Numbered from the stretch's first letter, positions 1 through 10,688 are shown. The stretch: DNA of 64,000 bases from an uncultured Lachnospiraceae bacterium (GCA_964400145.1 CAYNTF010000001.1:127943-191942), one strand, 5' to 3'. Notes: generated from the letters alone by a model not told the origin. Numbers and translations are program-made.

Positions 1-24
1 AAAGTTCGTCAAAATCAATCGTTA

Positions 25-1182
25 TCAATAATTATCAATTTCAACAATCTCTTCCCCTTCAAGCGCTTTGGCAACAAGCGCATCTATGTCAAGTTTTTCT
101 TCCAACATCTCCGCGCGTTTTATCGTCGGTCTGATTACAGGATTTTTCGGCAAAAAGACCGTGCAACAATCTTCGTATGGCAAAATTGAAGTTTCGTATG
201 TGCCAATTTTGTTTGCCACTTTCATAATCTCTTCTTTGTCATACGCAATCACTGGACGAAAGACAGGCAGGCTGACCACTGAATTTGTGACATTCATACT
301 TTGCATGGTTTGACTTGCCACTTGTCCAAGACTTTCGCCCGTCACAATCGCACCAAGGTTGTTTTCTTGGCAAATCTTCTGCGCAATTCTCATCATAATT
401 CGTCGCATGATTGTTATCATATATTCAGCGTCACAGTTCTTGTGTATCTGCTCTTGAATTTCCGTGAATGACACAATATGAAGTTTGATTTCCCCACAAA
501 AAACTGAAATTTCTTTGGCAAGTTCAATCACCTTTTCCTTCGCTTGCACGCTGGTGTATGGATAAGAATGAAAATGCACTGCTTCAATTTTAAGTCCGCG
601 CTTAGCCATCAAAAACCCAGCCACAGGGCTATCAATCCCGCCAGACAGAAGCAACAACCCTTTGCCAGCACTTCCAAGTGGCAACCCACCAATACATCCA
701 AAAAGCCGACTATATATATAAGTCTTGTTTCTCACTTCAACATGCACAACAATGTCGGGATTATAAAGGTCAACCCGCAAAGAAGGAAATTTGCGCAAAA
801 TCACATCACCCAAATGAGAAGCCAACTCCATTGACGGCGTCGGAAAACGCTTGTCCGCCCGCTTAACTTCCACCTTGAAAGTTTTGTATGTGGACATATC
901 CAACTTCTCAACTTGTTGTTCAATTTTTTCGAGCGAACTTTCAATCTCCACAGCATCAGCGACAGCAACAAGTCCAAACACCTGTTGCAATTTGGCGACA
1001 ATTTCATCTTCCAACTTGACATCATAGTCGCACAGCACCAATCTCCCCTGCGTTTCTTGCAAAACGAAGTTAAAACCACGAAGTTTTCTGCGAATATTAG
1101 ACATCAAAAGGGCAATAAAATCATGCCTATTTCGCCCTTTCAAAAACAATTCTCCAAATTTAAGTAACAAAACTTTTTTCAT
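25..1182 (-). CDS. thiI: tRNA 4-thiouridine synthase ThiI
   Basis: KFGELFLKGRNR N-terminus, THUMP region, LLSGGIDSPVA PP-loop, TGESLGQVASQT, PYEDCC; downstream of a cysteine desulfurase. Confidence 0.95.
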   Translation of the reverse strand: MKKVLLLKFGELFLKGRNRHDFIALLMSNIRRKLRGFNFVLQETQGRLVLCDYDVKLEDEIVAKLQQVFGLVAVADAVEIESSLEKIEQQVEKLDMSTYKTFKVEVKRADKRFPTPSMELASHLGDVILRKFPSLRVDLYNPDIVVHVEVRNKTYIYSRLFGCIGGLPLGSAGKGLLLLSGGIDSPVAGFLMAKRGLKIEAVHFHSYPYTSVQAKEKVIELAKEISVFCGEIKLHIVSFTEIQEQIHKNCDAEYMITIMRRIMMRIAQKICQENNLGAIVTGESLGQVASQTMQSMNVTNSVVSLPVFRPVIAYDKEEIMKVANKIGTYETSILPYEDCCTVFLPKNPVIRPTIKRAEMLEEKLDIDALVAKALEGEEIVEIDNY

Positions 1183-1434
1183 AATTTTTTCTTCCCTATT
1201 TCATTTCTTTTAAATTGAAGTCAACATCAACATTGTCAACATTGACCTTCATAACATCGCCAACCAACGCCATTTCTTGCACACATAATTGCTCACAATC
1301 AGACATAATTTCATACAATCACACATTTTCAGCGCAACAGATTTTTCAGTTTAGACATTTTCTGTCACAAACCTTAAATTGAACTTTGATGTTGCCATGT
1401 CAAAATACAAAATCTGAACATAATCACAGCAAAT

Positions 1435-2562
1435 TCACAGCACCCTTTTCTTTATGTCAAGATACACCCGCGAAATAATTTGTCCAGCGAGAGCCACTTC
1501 ATCTTCGGTCAAATAGGCGTTGAAACTTATGCGCGCGCTTGAAATTATCTCCGACTTTGCAAGTCCAATACTTTCTAAAACGCGATTTCCCGCTTTTTTT
1601 GCGGAACACGCGCTTCCAAGCCCAATGATAACCCCTTCTTGATTAAGCGCATGAAGCATAGTTTCACCCTTAACACCAGAGAAAACAAGGTTTTCAATAT
1701 ACGGCGAGCCACCATTCACCCCAAAATCATGAACAACCAACCCGTCAGCGTTCAAATTGTCGTTAAATACCTTTTTCAGACGCAAAACTTTCTCAAAATT
1801 GACTTTTTCGTCAATCAATTCCACAGCCTTTTTCAGTTGCATAATACCAGAAACATTTTCAGTGCCAGAGCGCAAAGCGTATTGCTGACCACCACCTTCA
1901 AAAAGCGACTTTATGGCGCTTTTGTTCTTAACATAAAGCCCAGCAATACCCTTCGGAGCATGAAATTTATGTCCACTGAAAGAATACAAATCAACCGCCG
2001 TTTTCCTTAGTGAAAAAGGGATTTTCATGAAAGCCTGCACACCGTCAACATGAAGAATTGCCCTAGGACATTTTTTGATTTTAAGAGAAGAAATTTTCTC
2101 CAAATCATTAATCGCACCCGTTTCGTTGTTGACATGCATAATGCTTATCAAACGCGTCTTTTCGTTTAAAACTGCTTCCAATTTTTGATAGTCAACGCAA
2201 CCATTTGGAGTGAGCGGAACAAAGTGAACCTTAAAGCCATCCAATTCCAACTTTTTAGCAACATTATGCACAGAAAGATGCTCGCCTTCCGCAAAGACAT
2301 ATTCCCAATTTCCCGTTCGCAAAGCACCCTTAATGGCAAGGTTATTACTTTCCGTCGCACAACCTGTGAAAAGAATATTTCCTTCACTTGCGCCAAGTCG
2401 ACCTAAAAGATATTTCTCCGTTTCAGAAATTAGACTGTTAATCTTTGAAGATTGAATTGACAGAGCGGACGGATTATAGAAATTCTCGCACGAAAAAAGT
2501 TCGTGGACATCCACACACTCTTCAAACATCCGAGTTGTTCCCGCATTATCCAAATAAATCAT
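1435..2562 (-). CDS. Cysteine desulfurase (IscS/NifZ-like, ThiI partner)
   Basis: IYLDNAGTT, HVNNETG, SGHKFH (PLP lysine), RSGTEN, GSACS (catalytic Cys). Confidence 0.92.
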   Translation of the reverse strand: MIYLDNAGTTRMFEECVDVHELFSCENFYNPSALSIQSSKINSLISETEKYLLGRLGASEGNILFTGCATESNNLAIKGALRTGNWEYVFAEGEHLSVHNVAKKLELDGFKVHFVPLTPNGCVDYQKLEAVLNEKTRLISIMHVNNETGAINDLEKISSLKIKKCPRAILHVDGVQAFMKIPFSLRKTAVDLYSFSGHKFHAPKGIAGLYVKNKSAIKSLFEGGGQQYALRSGTENVSGIMQLKKAVELIDEKVNFEKVLRLKKVFNDNLNADGLVVHDFGVNGGSPYIENLVFSGVKGETMLHALNQEGVIIGLGSACSAKKAGNRVLESIGLAKSEIISSARISFNAYLTEDEVALAGQIISRVYLDIKKRVL

Positions 2563-2741
2563 CAATTCACCCCAATCTCATTCCATTTCCAATTCTCTTA
2601 AAAAAGTTATGTCAAATTCTCATTATCCTGCCAATATTCCGCCAATCACAGCCCGCCAATCACCATTCACTAAACAATTCCACTTTACACTTCATAGTGA
2701 TTTTCATTGCAAATTTGCGTATCATTTTATCAAATTACATT

Positions 2742-2820
2742 GCATATCACCACTTTATATTGTGTATTATGACGCATAATACACAATATTTTGCGGTAGT
2801 ATGCAATATAAAGTGGTATA
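2742..2820. repeat. Dispersed palindromic repeat, copy 1 (paired NrdR-box-like 16-mers, 31-bp period)
   Basis: CCACTTTATATTGTGT (2750-2765) + linker ATTATGACGCATAAT + ACACAATATTTTGCGG (2781-2796); same design at 5.5, 37.2 and 41.3 kb. Confidence 0.85.
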
Positions 2821-2924
2821 CAATCATGTCATTTAAATCAAAACCAATTTTCAGTCAACACAAAATTCGTTTAATAAGTCCTTCTTGATATATTCCCGAT
2901 AATAAATCTCACATTCTCAACTTC

Positions 2925-5405
2925 TCACGCTTCACGCAATTTTGCGCCAAACCTAAATTCCAAACTTTTCAAAACTTTCTTCACAGCAGAACTAATTTCT
3001 TCCCCCGTCAAAGTTTTTTCTTCGCTCATAAAGACAATTTTATATGCCATACTCTTCTTGCCAGCGCCCAAAACTTCGTTTCGATAGACATCAAAAAGTT
3101 CGACATCAAAGAAAATTTTCCCGCAAGCAGACTTAATTGCCGACATAAGTTCTTCGTTTGTCACCTTTTCATCAACAACAACGGCGATATCTCTTTCCAC
3201 CGCTGGAAATTTCGAAATCTCTTTTGTTTCATACTGTTTTTCTGGCAAACCAGCAAGATAATCTGTGTCGATTTCACCATAATAAACATCTTGATTTATA
3301 TCGTAATTTTTCAAGACAGCCTTATGAACTTTACCAAACCAACCGATAATTTTTCCGTCAGCGCTCACAATATCCGCACTCACACCACTGTGAAGGTATG
3401 GCTCGCCAGAGCGTTTCAGACTGTATTCCACAGAAGTTTGAACAAGCAGATTTTCCACCACGCCTTTAAGTTGAAAGAAATCATATCCACTTTCACAAAC
3501 CGCAAAAGACAAACGATTATTCTCTGTTGGAAGTGTTTTCAACGGCAAAGACTTTGCTTGATACACCCTGCCTGCTTCGAAAAATCTCAAATCTTTGTTA
3601 CCAACCGAAAGGTTGTATGCAATGTCCAAAAGAAGCGCATGCGCCATGACCGTTCTCACTGTGGACATATCTTCACTTATAGGATTTGCAATCTTGATGA
3701 CCTGATATCGCTCATCGTTTTCACCAATCAAAAGTTTGTCGCAAGCCGACGCCGAATATAAGGAATAGTTAAGCGTTTCATAAAAACCATTATCAACCAA
3801 AGTGTTTTTCAGCGAGTTCTCCAACTGCAAACGAGGCTCAAACTGCCCTATGGTCGTTGTGGAATTTTCAAACAATCCGCCATTCATATCATTATAAACA
3901 TCATAGCCATAAATTCTGATAACTTCTTCGGCAATATCATTTTCGTTTGCGATATCGTCACGAATATAAGGCGGTTGACAAATCAATATATCACCATTTT
4001 CCGTCGTTTCAATTCCAAGTCCATTCAAAATCTGTAACATCTTTTCCTTGGAAATATCCACACCCAAAATCTTGCAAACTTTGGAATATGAAATTTTAAG
4101 TTTTGCCCTTTGTTCAAGTTTTTGATTGCAAACATCAATAATTCCGTCCACAATTTCACCGCACTTCAACTTATCCACCAAATGCAATGCACGCTTCAAA
4201 GCAAGTGTCGGCGAATTTATGTTCACACCTTTGGAATATCTCACCGAACTGTCCGTCGAAAGCCCATATTTTCGCGCTGTCAAGCGAACGCTTTTCAAGT
4301 CAAAGACGGCACATTCAAAAACTGTTTCAGTGGTCGTGTCACTTATGCAAGAATTCACCCCGCCAATCACACCTGCGATAACAACCGGCTTTTTCGCATC
4401 AGCAATCACCATAACACTGTCGTCAAGGTCGTATGAATTACCATTCAAGACAGCAATTTTTTCGCCCTGCTTAGCCTGACGAACAACAATTTTTTTGCCG
4501 TCCAAATATTTATAGTCAAAGGCATGCATAGGTTGCCCTTGCTCAATAAGAATATAATTTGTTATATCCACCATTGTGTTAATTGGTTTGATATCCACAG
4601 CATGCAAGCGACTTCTCATCCACAGTGGCGACCGCTCCAACTTGATATTTTTCACATAGGAAGCCATATATCTTGGACAGTTCGGCGTTTTAACTTCAAC
4701 GCTGATATAGTCTTTGACATCACCTTCACCAACCGATTTATTTGACGCATTAACCGCCTTTTTGTCGACAGCAGTTTTGTTGCCACTCGTTTGTGCGACG
4801 GTTTTATATGAAACATCAAAATCTTTGAACTTTCTGTTAAAAATGGCGCAAAGTTCACGCGCAACACCAACCACACTGTTGCAGTCTGGACGGTTTGGTG
4901 TGACATTAACATCGAACACAATGTCATTCAAAAGAAGCGCATCTTCAATTTTCGTGCCAGGTTTGAAATCGGCAGGCAAAATCAAAATCCCATTGACGCC
5001 CGCACCCTCAAAATAGTTCTCATCGATGCCAATCTCTTCGCCCGAGCAAAACATTCCATCGCTCGGAACACCACGGAAATTGGTCGGCTTGATTTGAACG
5101 CCATTGCAAAGGTCAGCGCCGTCCAAAGCCACAGGCACAACCGCACCTTCAAAAACATTAGTTGCAGAAGTTATAATTTGCACAGTTTTGAAACCAACAT
5201 CAACCTTGCATACAACCAATCTATCTGCTGACGGATGCTTCTCAATCTTAACAATTTTGCCAACATAAACATCGTGCAAGTGCTTGTTCATATAGATGAC
5301 ATCTTCAACTTCAAACCCAGAAGTTGTCAATCTTTTTGCCACTTCTTCTGCGGAAATACCTTTTAAATCCACAAAATCTTTCAACCAATCATAAGAAATT
5401 TTCAT
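2925..5405 (-). CDS. pheT: Phenylalanine-tRNA ligase beta subunit
   Basis: MKISYDWL start, TPNRPDC, DITNY, GQPMHAFD, C-terminal FPAVERDIA anticodon domain; follows pheS. Confidence 0.97.
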   Translation of the reverse strand: MKISYDWLKDFVDLKGISAEEVAKRLTTSGFEVEDVIYMNKHLHDVYVGKIVKIEKHPSADRLVVCKVDVGFKTVQIITSATNVFEGAVVPVALDGADLCNGVQIKPTNFRGVPSDGMFCSGEEIGIDENYFEGAGVNGILILPADFKPGTKIEDALLLNDIVFDVNVTPNRPDCNSVVGVARELCAIFNRKFKDFDVSYKTVAQTSGNKTAVDKKAVNASNKSVGEGDVKDYISVEVKTPNCPRYMASYVKNIKLERSPLWMRSRLHAVDIKPINTMVDITNYILIEQGQPMHAFDYKYLDGKKIVVRQAKQGEKIAVLNGNSYDLDDSVMVIADAKKPVVIAGVIGGVNSCISDTTTETVFECAVFDLKSVRLTARKYGLSTDSSVRYSKGVNINSPTLALKRALHLVDKLKCGEIVDGIIDVCNQKLEQRAKLKISYSKVCKILGVDISKEKMLQILNGLGIETTENGDILICQPPYIRDDIANENDIAEEVIRIYGYDVYNDMNGGLFENSTTTIGQFEPRLQLENSLKNTLVDNGFYETLNYSLYSASACDKLLIGENDERYQVIKIANPISEDMSTVRTVMAHALLLDIAYNLSVGNKDLRFFEAGRVYQAKSLPLKTLPTENNRLSFAVCESGYDFFQLKGVVENLLVQTSVEYSLKRSGEPYLHSGVSADIVSADGKIIGWFGKVHKAVLKNYDINQDVYYGEIDTDYLAGLPEKQYETKEISKFPAVERDIAVVVDEKVTNEELMSAIKSACGKIFFDVELFDVYRNEVLGAGKKSMAYKIVFMSEEKTLTGEEISSAVKKVLKSLEFRFGAKLREA

Positions 5406-5496
5406 AGAATCTTCTCCTTAACCAAAACACAAATTTTAACAATAATTTAATGTAATTTTATAATAACTTATTTCCTTTGCATACCTTTACATAATC

Positions 5497-5559
5497 GCAT
5501 AACACCGCAATATTTGGTGTATTATGTTGCATACCACACATTATTTTGTGGTGGTATGC
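5497..5559. repeat. Dispersed palindromic repeat, copy 2
   Basis: CCGCAATATTTGGTGT (5505-5520) + ATTATGTTGCATACC + ACACATTATTTTGTGG (5536-5551). Confidence 0.85.
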
Positions 5560-5635
5560 ACTTTCTTGTTTGTTCGAATTATAATAATATCGTCAAAACT
5601 TTTTATCATAATCGTCAAACTTTTAAGTTTTGCAA

Positions 5636-6655
5636 TCATCTCATTTGCTTCAAAAATCTCAGGTCATTTCTGAACAAATATTTGATATTTGGAATTTTGT
5701 TGGCAACCATGACACTTCGGTCAATCCCCGGACCAAAAGCAAAACCACTATATTTTTTGCTGTCAATCCCTGCCATTTCCAAAATTTTTGGATTTACAAT
5801 CCCACCACCAAAAAATTCTGAAAAACCTGTTCCCTTACACAAAGAACATCCTTTACCCTGACATCTCTGACAAGTGGCATCAATCTCAATACTTGGCTCT
5901 GTGAAAGGAAAGTATGATGGTCTAACTCTCATCTTAACATCTTTACCATACAACCTAACCGCCATTTCTTTAACCATTGTCATAAAATCTTTTAAACTTA
6001 CATTTTCGTCAATCACTAACGCTTCAAACTGATTAAATATTGGAGAATGTGAACTATCATCATCGTTCCTATACACTCTTCCCGGACAAATTATCTTAAA
6101 TGGAGGTTTAAAGGTATGCATCGCCCTAACCTGTGCTGGTGATGTGTGTGTGCGAAGAAGTATGTTTTCTGTGATATATAAAGAATCTTGCATATCTCTT
6201 GCTGGATGATTTTTTGGAACATTCAACGCCTCGAAATTATTGTAATCAGTTTCAATTTCAGGTGTTTGTATGCAAGTAAACCCCATTTCAATACAAAGTT
6301 CCATAAACTTGTTGTTAAAACGCGTCAAAGGATGTAAAGCCCCGCGTTCAATTCCCTTGCTTGGCTCGGTTATATCCACTTTCTCCTTTTCCATATCGGC
6401 AAGCAGTTTTTCGTTTTCAAGTTTTGCCAAAGTTTCAGAAAGCGCGCCTTCCAATTTTTGACGAACAGAGTTTGCCAGCGAACCAATTTCTCGTCGCTCT
6501 TCGGACGGAACATCTTTCATACCACGCAAAATTTGCGTCAGCGCCCCCGCCTTACCCAAATACGCCACACGCACTTCGTCGAGTTCTTTCAAATCTTTTG
6601 AATTTTGGATTTCATTCAATCCGTTTTTTAAAATTTCTTCAAGTTTTTGTTTCAT
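5636..6655 (-). CDS. pheS: Phenylalanine-tRNA ligase alpha subunit
   Basis: NFEALN, HPARDMQD, LRTHTS, YFPFTEPS, GFAFG motifs. Confidence 0.97.
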   Translation of the reverse strand: MKQKLEEILKNGLNEIQNSKDLKELDEVRVAYLGKAGALTQILRGMKDVPSEERREIGSLANSVRQKLEGALSETLAKLENEKLLADMEKEKVDITEPSKGIERGALHPLTRFNNKFMELCIEMGFTCIQTPEIETDYNNFEALNVPKNHPARDMQDSLYITENILLRTHTSPAQVRAMHTFKPPFKIICPGRVYRNDDDSSHSPIFNQFEALVIDENVSLKDFMTMVKEMAVRLYGKDVKMRVRPSYFPFTEPSIEIDATCQRCQGKGCSLCKGTGFSEFFGGGIVNPKILEMAGIDSKKYSGFAFGPGIDRSVMVANKIPNIKYLFRNDLRFLKQMR

Positions 6656-6929
6656 AAATCACTCCTTTATTTTCCCAATCTTACACATCATAATCTTGCC
6701 CGTTTGTCTTTTCAAGTGGTCTGAAAAACACAAAGTCATCTTTTGTCGCCAACTTACTTTTAAGTCTTTTGCTTTTTACGCCTGCCTTTAAGCCAAGTTC
6801 TTCGCGTTTTCAATATAACACAGCGATTGCTTTGTTTTTGGATATATCTGTTCTTGCCAAATCCGAAAAGTTTGGTTAAATTTAAAACCCGTTGCCAAAT
6901 CTCACCTTCCAAATCTGAAATTGATAATC

Positions 6930-7294
6930 TAAAAAAAACAAAAAAATCGCCCAAAATCATTAGGACGATTGAAAAACCGTGGTACCACCTAACTTCATGT
7001 CGCCTTCAAACAATCTGTTTGAATTCAACATCTCATTAAGACAATTTACGCATGTCGTGCGGTGACTCCTACACAAGAAATTTCACTGCCAAGCGTTTCA
7101 TAAATTTGTCAAACCATTTTGAGCCACACTCGTGCATTGTTGACAATCATGCGCTTGCTTAACCTTGGAAATTTCCCTTCAAAGCACAGCTAATGAAAGT
7201 GAATTCGGTTCGCCACCCCAGCCTTTTCTCAGCAACAAGGCTCTCTGTGTGAGGCTTCCGCAAACTTACTGCTCTTTCTTCGTCGCCTTTATCA
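6930..7294 (-). ncRNA. T-box riboswitch (Phe specifier)
   Basis: Minus strand shows AGTA, AGAGA and GCTGAGA stem I motifs, GAA-TTC specifier (UUC = Phe, 7201-7203), T-box AAGTTAGGTGGTACCACGG (6977-6995) and terminator hairpin plus U-run (6930-6970), upstream of pheS. Confidence 0.92.
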
Positions 7295-7300
7295 AGGTCG

Positions 7301-7330
7301 ATTATAACACAAACGCGCAGATTATGTCAA
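7301..7330 (-). promoter_or_regulatory. SigA promoter of T-box/pheST
   Basis: TTGACA-N18-TATAAT with TG extension. Confidence 0.85.
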
Positions 7331-7540
7331 ATATTTTTCAAACATTTTTACACCAAAGAATTATGCTTTTATTTTGTTATCTTATGTAAATTTTAACCTT
7401 AACTCAAATTTCACTTATCACAAGATATTGATTTTATCTTCCCCACAAGATAATTTTCAAAAACAGTTCCAGAATGAAGAACGAATATGATACAATAAAA
7501 CATCAGAACAAAACGACGAGAGAAAGGAAAAATATAAAAA

Positions 7541-8569
7541 ATGGAAAAATATGAGAACATAAAAATTGAAGATGTCGCAAATCTAAAACGCCCGACCATT
7601 TATTTTTTCTTGAAAGAGCGAAAATTTTCCGAGCATTACATCAAAAATTTGCGCAATGAAAGCAGTGCCATTCTGCTCAACGGAACCCCCGTCAACATCC
7701 GCAAAGAAATTAAAGATGGTGACATTTTGGAGATTAAAAAAAATCCAAACGCTCCATCAAAAATCCAATTTTGCGATGGCAAGTTGGACATCCTTTTTGA
7801 AGATGACGATTATCTCATCGTCAACAAACCGCACAACCTTGCCTGCATACCGACACGCTCTCATTACGGCATGAATTTAGGCGGACAGGTTTGCAAATAC
7901 ATGCACGATAAAGATGAAAATTTTGTCTTACGCATCATCAACCGACTTGACCGTGAAACAGCTGGAATTGTGGTAATCGCAAAAAATCCAATCGCTTGCA
8001 ATTCCATGACCGACTTACGAAAAGAATATCATGCAATTTGTTACGGAAACATTGAGCACGATTTCACCATAGACAAGCCCATTCTCACCCTAACCCACGA
8101 CGGCATAAACGAGCGCAAGCGCATTATTTCGCCAAATGGAAAGCGCGCCGTCACCCACATTGAAGTTTTGCGCCATATTTCAAATTCCGACAATAAAACA
8201 ACTTTGGTCAACAATCAAACTTTAAGTGAAAACCAAATAACTTCTCACTGCACAACTCTTGCCCATGACAACAATTTGAAAAAAGATATGACGCTTGTGA
8301 AACTCACCCTTGAAACAGGCAGAACACACCAAATTCGTGTGCATATGGCTGACGCTGGACACCCGCTTGTCAATGACGATTTATATGGTTTCAGCGAAAA
8401 TTTGAACAAAGACACACACCAAAAATTCAATGACATCCCAAACAAATCGACACACGCAATGTTACTTCTGAAAAACATAACTTTCACGCATTTTCGCACA
8501 GGTCAAGTTGTTGCCCTATCAATCCCCTACCCAGCAAGTTGGAAGAACTTTTTTGAACAAGAAATTTGA
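7541..8569 (+). CDS. RluA/RluD-family pseudouridine synthase
   Basis: VNKP, INRLDRETAG (catalytic Asp), LETGRTHQIRVH; contains two Asn/Thr-rich insertions. Confidence 0.9.
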   Translation: MEKYENIKIEDVANLKRPTIYFFLKERKFSEHYIKNLRNESSAILLNGTPVNIRKEIKDGDILEIKKNPNAPSKIQFCDGKLDILFEDDDYLIVNKPHNLACIPTRSHYGMNLGGQVCKYMHDKDENFVLRIINRLDRETAGIVVIAKNPIACNSMTDLRKEYHAICYGNIEHDFTIDKPILTLTHDGINERKRIISPNGKRAVTHIEVLRHISNSDNKTTLVNNQTLSENQITSHCTTLAHDNNLKKDMTLVKLTLETGRTHQIRVHMADAGHPLVNDDLYGFSENLNKDTHQKFNDIPNKSTHAMLLLKNITFTHFRTGQVVALSIPYPASWKNFFEQEI

Positions 8570-8745
8570 TTTTATTTTAAATCCAATCAAAAATTCAAAA
8601 TTAAAAACGCCGAATATCGAAACATAATGATGTAAGAAACATCAACACAAAATCACGCGATATGCAAAAAATAACGCGAGATATCATCTCCCTGCCAGTG
8701 TCATAAAAAAACAAATAAAAAAATAAAATTTTTTCAAAAAAGGTA

Positions 8746-8774
8746 TTGACAAACCATTTCGTTTGTTTTATAAT
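8746..8774 (+). promoter_or_regulatory. Consensus SigA promoter
   Basis: TTGACA-N17-TATAAT, followed by GGGAG RBS and ATG at 8808. Confidence 0.85.
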
Positions 8775-8807
8775 GTGCATGCAAATTAACAAAAAAGGGA
8801 GAAAAAA

Positions 8808-9683
8808 ATGAAATCAATAAAAGAACTCAGAAATGAATACTACACAAGGAAACTCATCAAGCAAATCGACACATATCGCCACAGCGAGTCATCAACACAC
8901 ACAGTGCAATTGCGCAAAATTGAAAAGATTGCCAACAAGCATGATTTTAACAAAGAAGAAGTCACCGCATACATAAAAAAGAAGTGCTCAAACTATTACA
9001 GACTTAACCGCTTGTTTGTTAAGAACAATCTTTGCACAGACGAACAAATGAAATTGAACTATTTGATGTATGAAGCAGTTGAAAAAGAAAATTTTGAAGA
9101 CCTTGATAGATATCTCAATTTAGGTGCAAATCCAAATGTTGAATATCATGGCAGATATTTAGTGTTGGTCGAAGCGCTCAAAATTGAAGATCCAACAAAG
9201 CGTTATCAATTTGTTAAAGAACTTCTTGAACACGGCGCATCAGACACCATCGCAGTAAACTCTTTAAAAAATGATAGCCAAACAACTCTTTTGCTTATGG
9301 AACACGGTGTAAGTTTATACTTTAGCGGAATTAGTCCTTGCCGTTCTGAAGTGGATATCATGTCGGAAATTTACAACAATCCATCATATTTCTTGGGAAT
9401 TTCAAATAACAACATATTTTTAAAAAGCAACAAAAACATTGACTTGTTCAAACGCGCGGCATATTATGGACTTTTGCGTGCCAGAGATATAGAGAAAAAT
9501 AGAGAAAACCGCATTTCTGACGCTTATTTGGAAAAAGTAAGCAAGTTGACCGAAGAAATACAAGAAAAATGCTGCGAATTGAAGGAGAAAAATAATAACT
9601 CTGCTAAAAGCTTGGATTTAAGCAATAAGAGTGCAGAACTCGATTCCACAATAAATCGTCTTTCAGATGAAATAAGCAAATAA
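8808..9683 (+). CDS. Hypothetical protein with degenerate ankyrin-like repeats
   Basis: AVEKENFEDLDRYLNLGANPN, VKELLEHGA and LLMEHG segments; has promoter, RBS and terminator. Confidence 0.6.
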   Translation: MKSIKELRNEYYTRKLIKQIDTYRHSESSTHTVQLRKIEKIANKHDFNKEEVTAYIKKKCSNYYRLNRLFVKNNLCTDEQMKLNYLMYEAVEKENFEDLDRYLNLGANPNVEYHGRYLVLVEALKIEDPTKRYQFVKELLEHGASDTIAVNSLKNDSQTTLLLMEHGVSLYFSGISPCRSEVDIMSEIYNNPSYFLGISNNNIFLKSNKNIDLFKRAAYYGLLRARDIEKNRENRISDAYLEKVSKLTEEIQEKCCELKEKNNNSAKSLDLSNKSAELDSTINRLSDEISK

Positions 9684-9773
9684 GTGATTTGATAATATAA
9701 AATTTGTATTCATAATTAGATTTTGATTGTATATAACCGATATAAAAGTTATATAAAAATAACCATATAGAAC

Positions 9774-9804
9774 AAAAAACCTTAACTTTCCGTTAAGGTT
9801 TTTT
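9774..9804. terminator. Bidirectional intrinsic terminator
   Basis: AAAAAACCTTAAC-TTTCC-GTTAAGGTTTTTT between convergent genes. Confidence 0.85.
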
Positions 9805-9858
9805 CATTTCTGACAATCTTAATATTATTCTTTTTGAAAGGATTTTTAAGTTTAAAAA

Positions 9859-10242
9859 TCATTCACTCACTTTCAAAGTCAAATAGCCACCTTCACCCGT
9901 GTGAGCCTTTGACACATCATTGACAGTTGTCGAAGTATAGTTTAAAAGTGATGTGCAACCATTGAACATGCTTGAGCTTGTTGTCACCGCATCTGTTGTC
10001 CAACCTTCACCAACATAGATTGTTTCAAGTTTTGAACAATTATAAAACATACGATACATATATCTCACACTGCTGGTGTCAAAACTTGAAAGATCCAATT
10101 CAGTAAGACTTGAACAGTTTTCGAATAAATCATTCATGTTAAACACACTGCTGGTGTCAAAACTCAACAAATTCAATTCAACAAGGCTTGTGCAATTAAG
10201 GAACATAGAAGCCACAGTTGTCAAACTGCTTGTGTCAAACAT
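9859..10242 (-). pseudogene. 5'-truncated BspA/DUF285-type surface repeat protein fragment
   Basis: Three 26-aa repeats FDTSSVxxMxxMFxxCxxLxxLDLSS (78-bp DNA period); starts at a repeat boundary with no RBS or signal peptide. Confidence 0.6.
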
Positions 10243-10503
10243 TTTTAAAAATTTTCAGAAAAATTTTTAAAAATCTTGCTTATTTTTGCCAAAACAGCCC
10301 AAAATTGACCAAAATCGCCCCATTTTGCCGAAAAATCACCAAAAAATCAACAAAAATTTTCAACCATCAATTATCTCAAAATATAAACCAAAAAATAAAC
10401 CAAAATTCGCCTGCCTACCCCCCCGACCAAAAATCAAATGATTTGACTCACCAGTTCTCAAAAAAAACCAAAAATAAAAAAACATCAAACATATTTAAAC
10501 AAT

Positions 10504-10535
10504 AAAAAATCCACACAAATCGTGTGGATTTTTTT
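10504..10535 (-). terminator. Intrinsic terminator of the 47-aa ORF
   Basis: AAAAAATCCACAC-AAATC-GTGTGGATTTTTT about 10 nt after the stop. Confidence 0.85.
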
Positions 10536-10544
10536 GTCGGAAAA

Positions 10545-10688
10545 CTATTTGCAACACTTTGAAGAGCCAGACTTCTTGCTCTTTGCACTCGACGCCTTCG
10601 CATTAGACTTTGCCCCATTGGTTTTTGAAGAAGTCATTTCATTTGAAGACTCGGTGTTTGCATTTGCATTTTTCTTTCTTCCAAACAT
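10545..10688 (-). CDS. Unannotated 47-aa basic Ser/Lys/Asn/Ala-rich protein (candidate small spore protein)
   Basis: MFGRKKNANANTESSNEMTSSKTNGAKSNAKASSAKSKKSGSSKCCK; strong RBS GGGAGGT, own terminator, SigF/G-like promoter. Confidence 0.75.
   Translation of the reverse strand: MFGRKKNANANTESSNEMTSSKTNGAKSNAKASSAKSKKSGSSKCCK

Noticed and set aside
2742-2820. CRISPR array or dif/Xer site interpretation of the palindromic repeats
   Set aside because: Only two units per locus, no unique spacers or cas genes, and the geometry is 11-8-11 rather than the 11-6-11 of dif
6788-6898. 36-codon TTG ORF between the T-box terminator and pheS
   Set aside because: Poorly spaced RBS and no recognisable motif; cannot be supported as a gene
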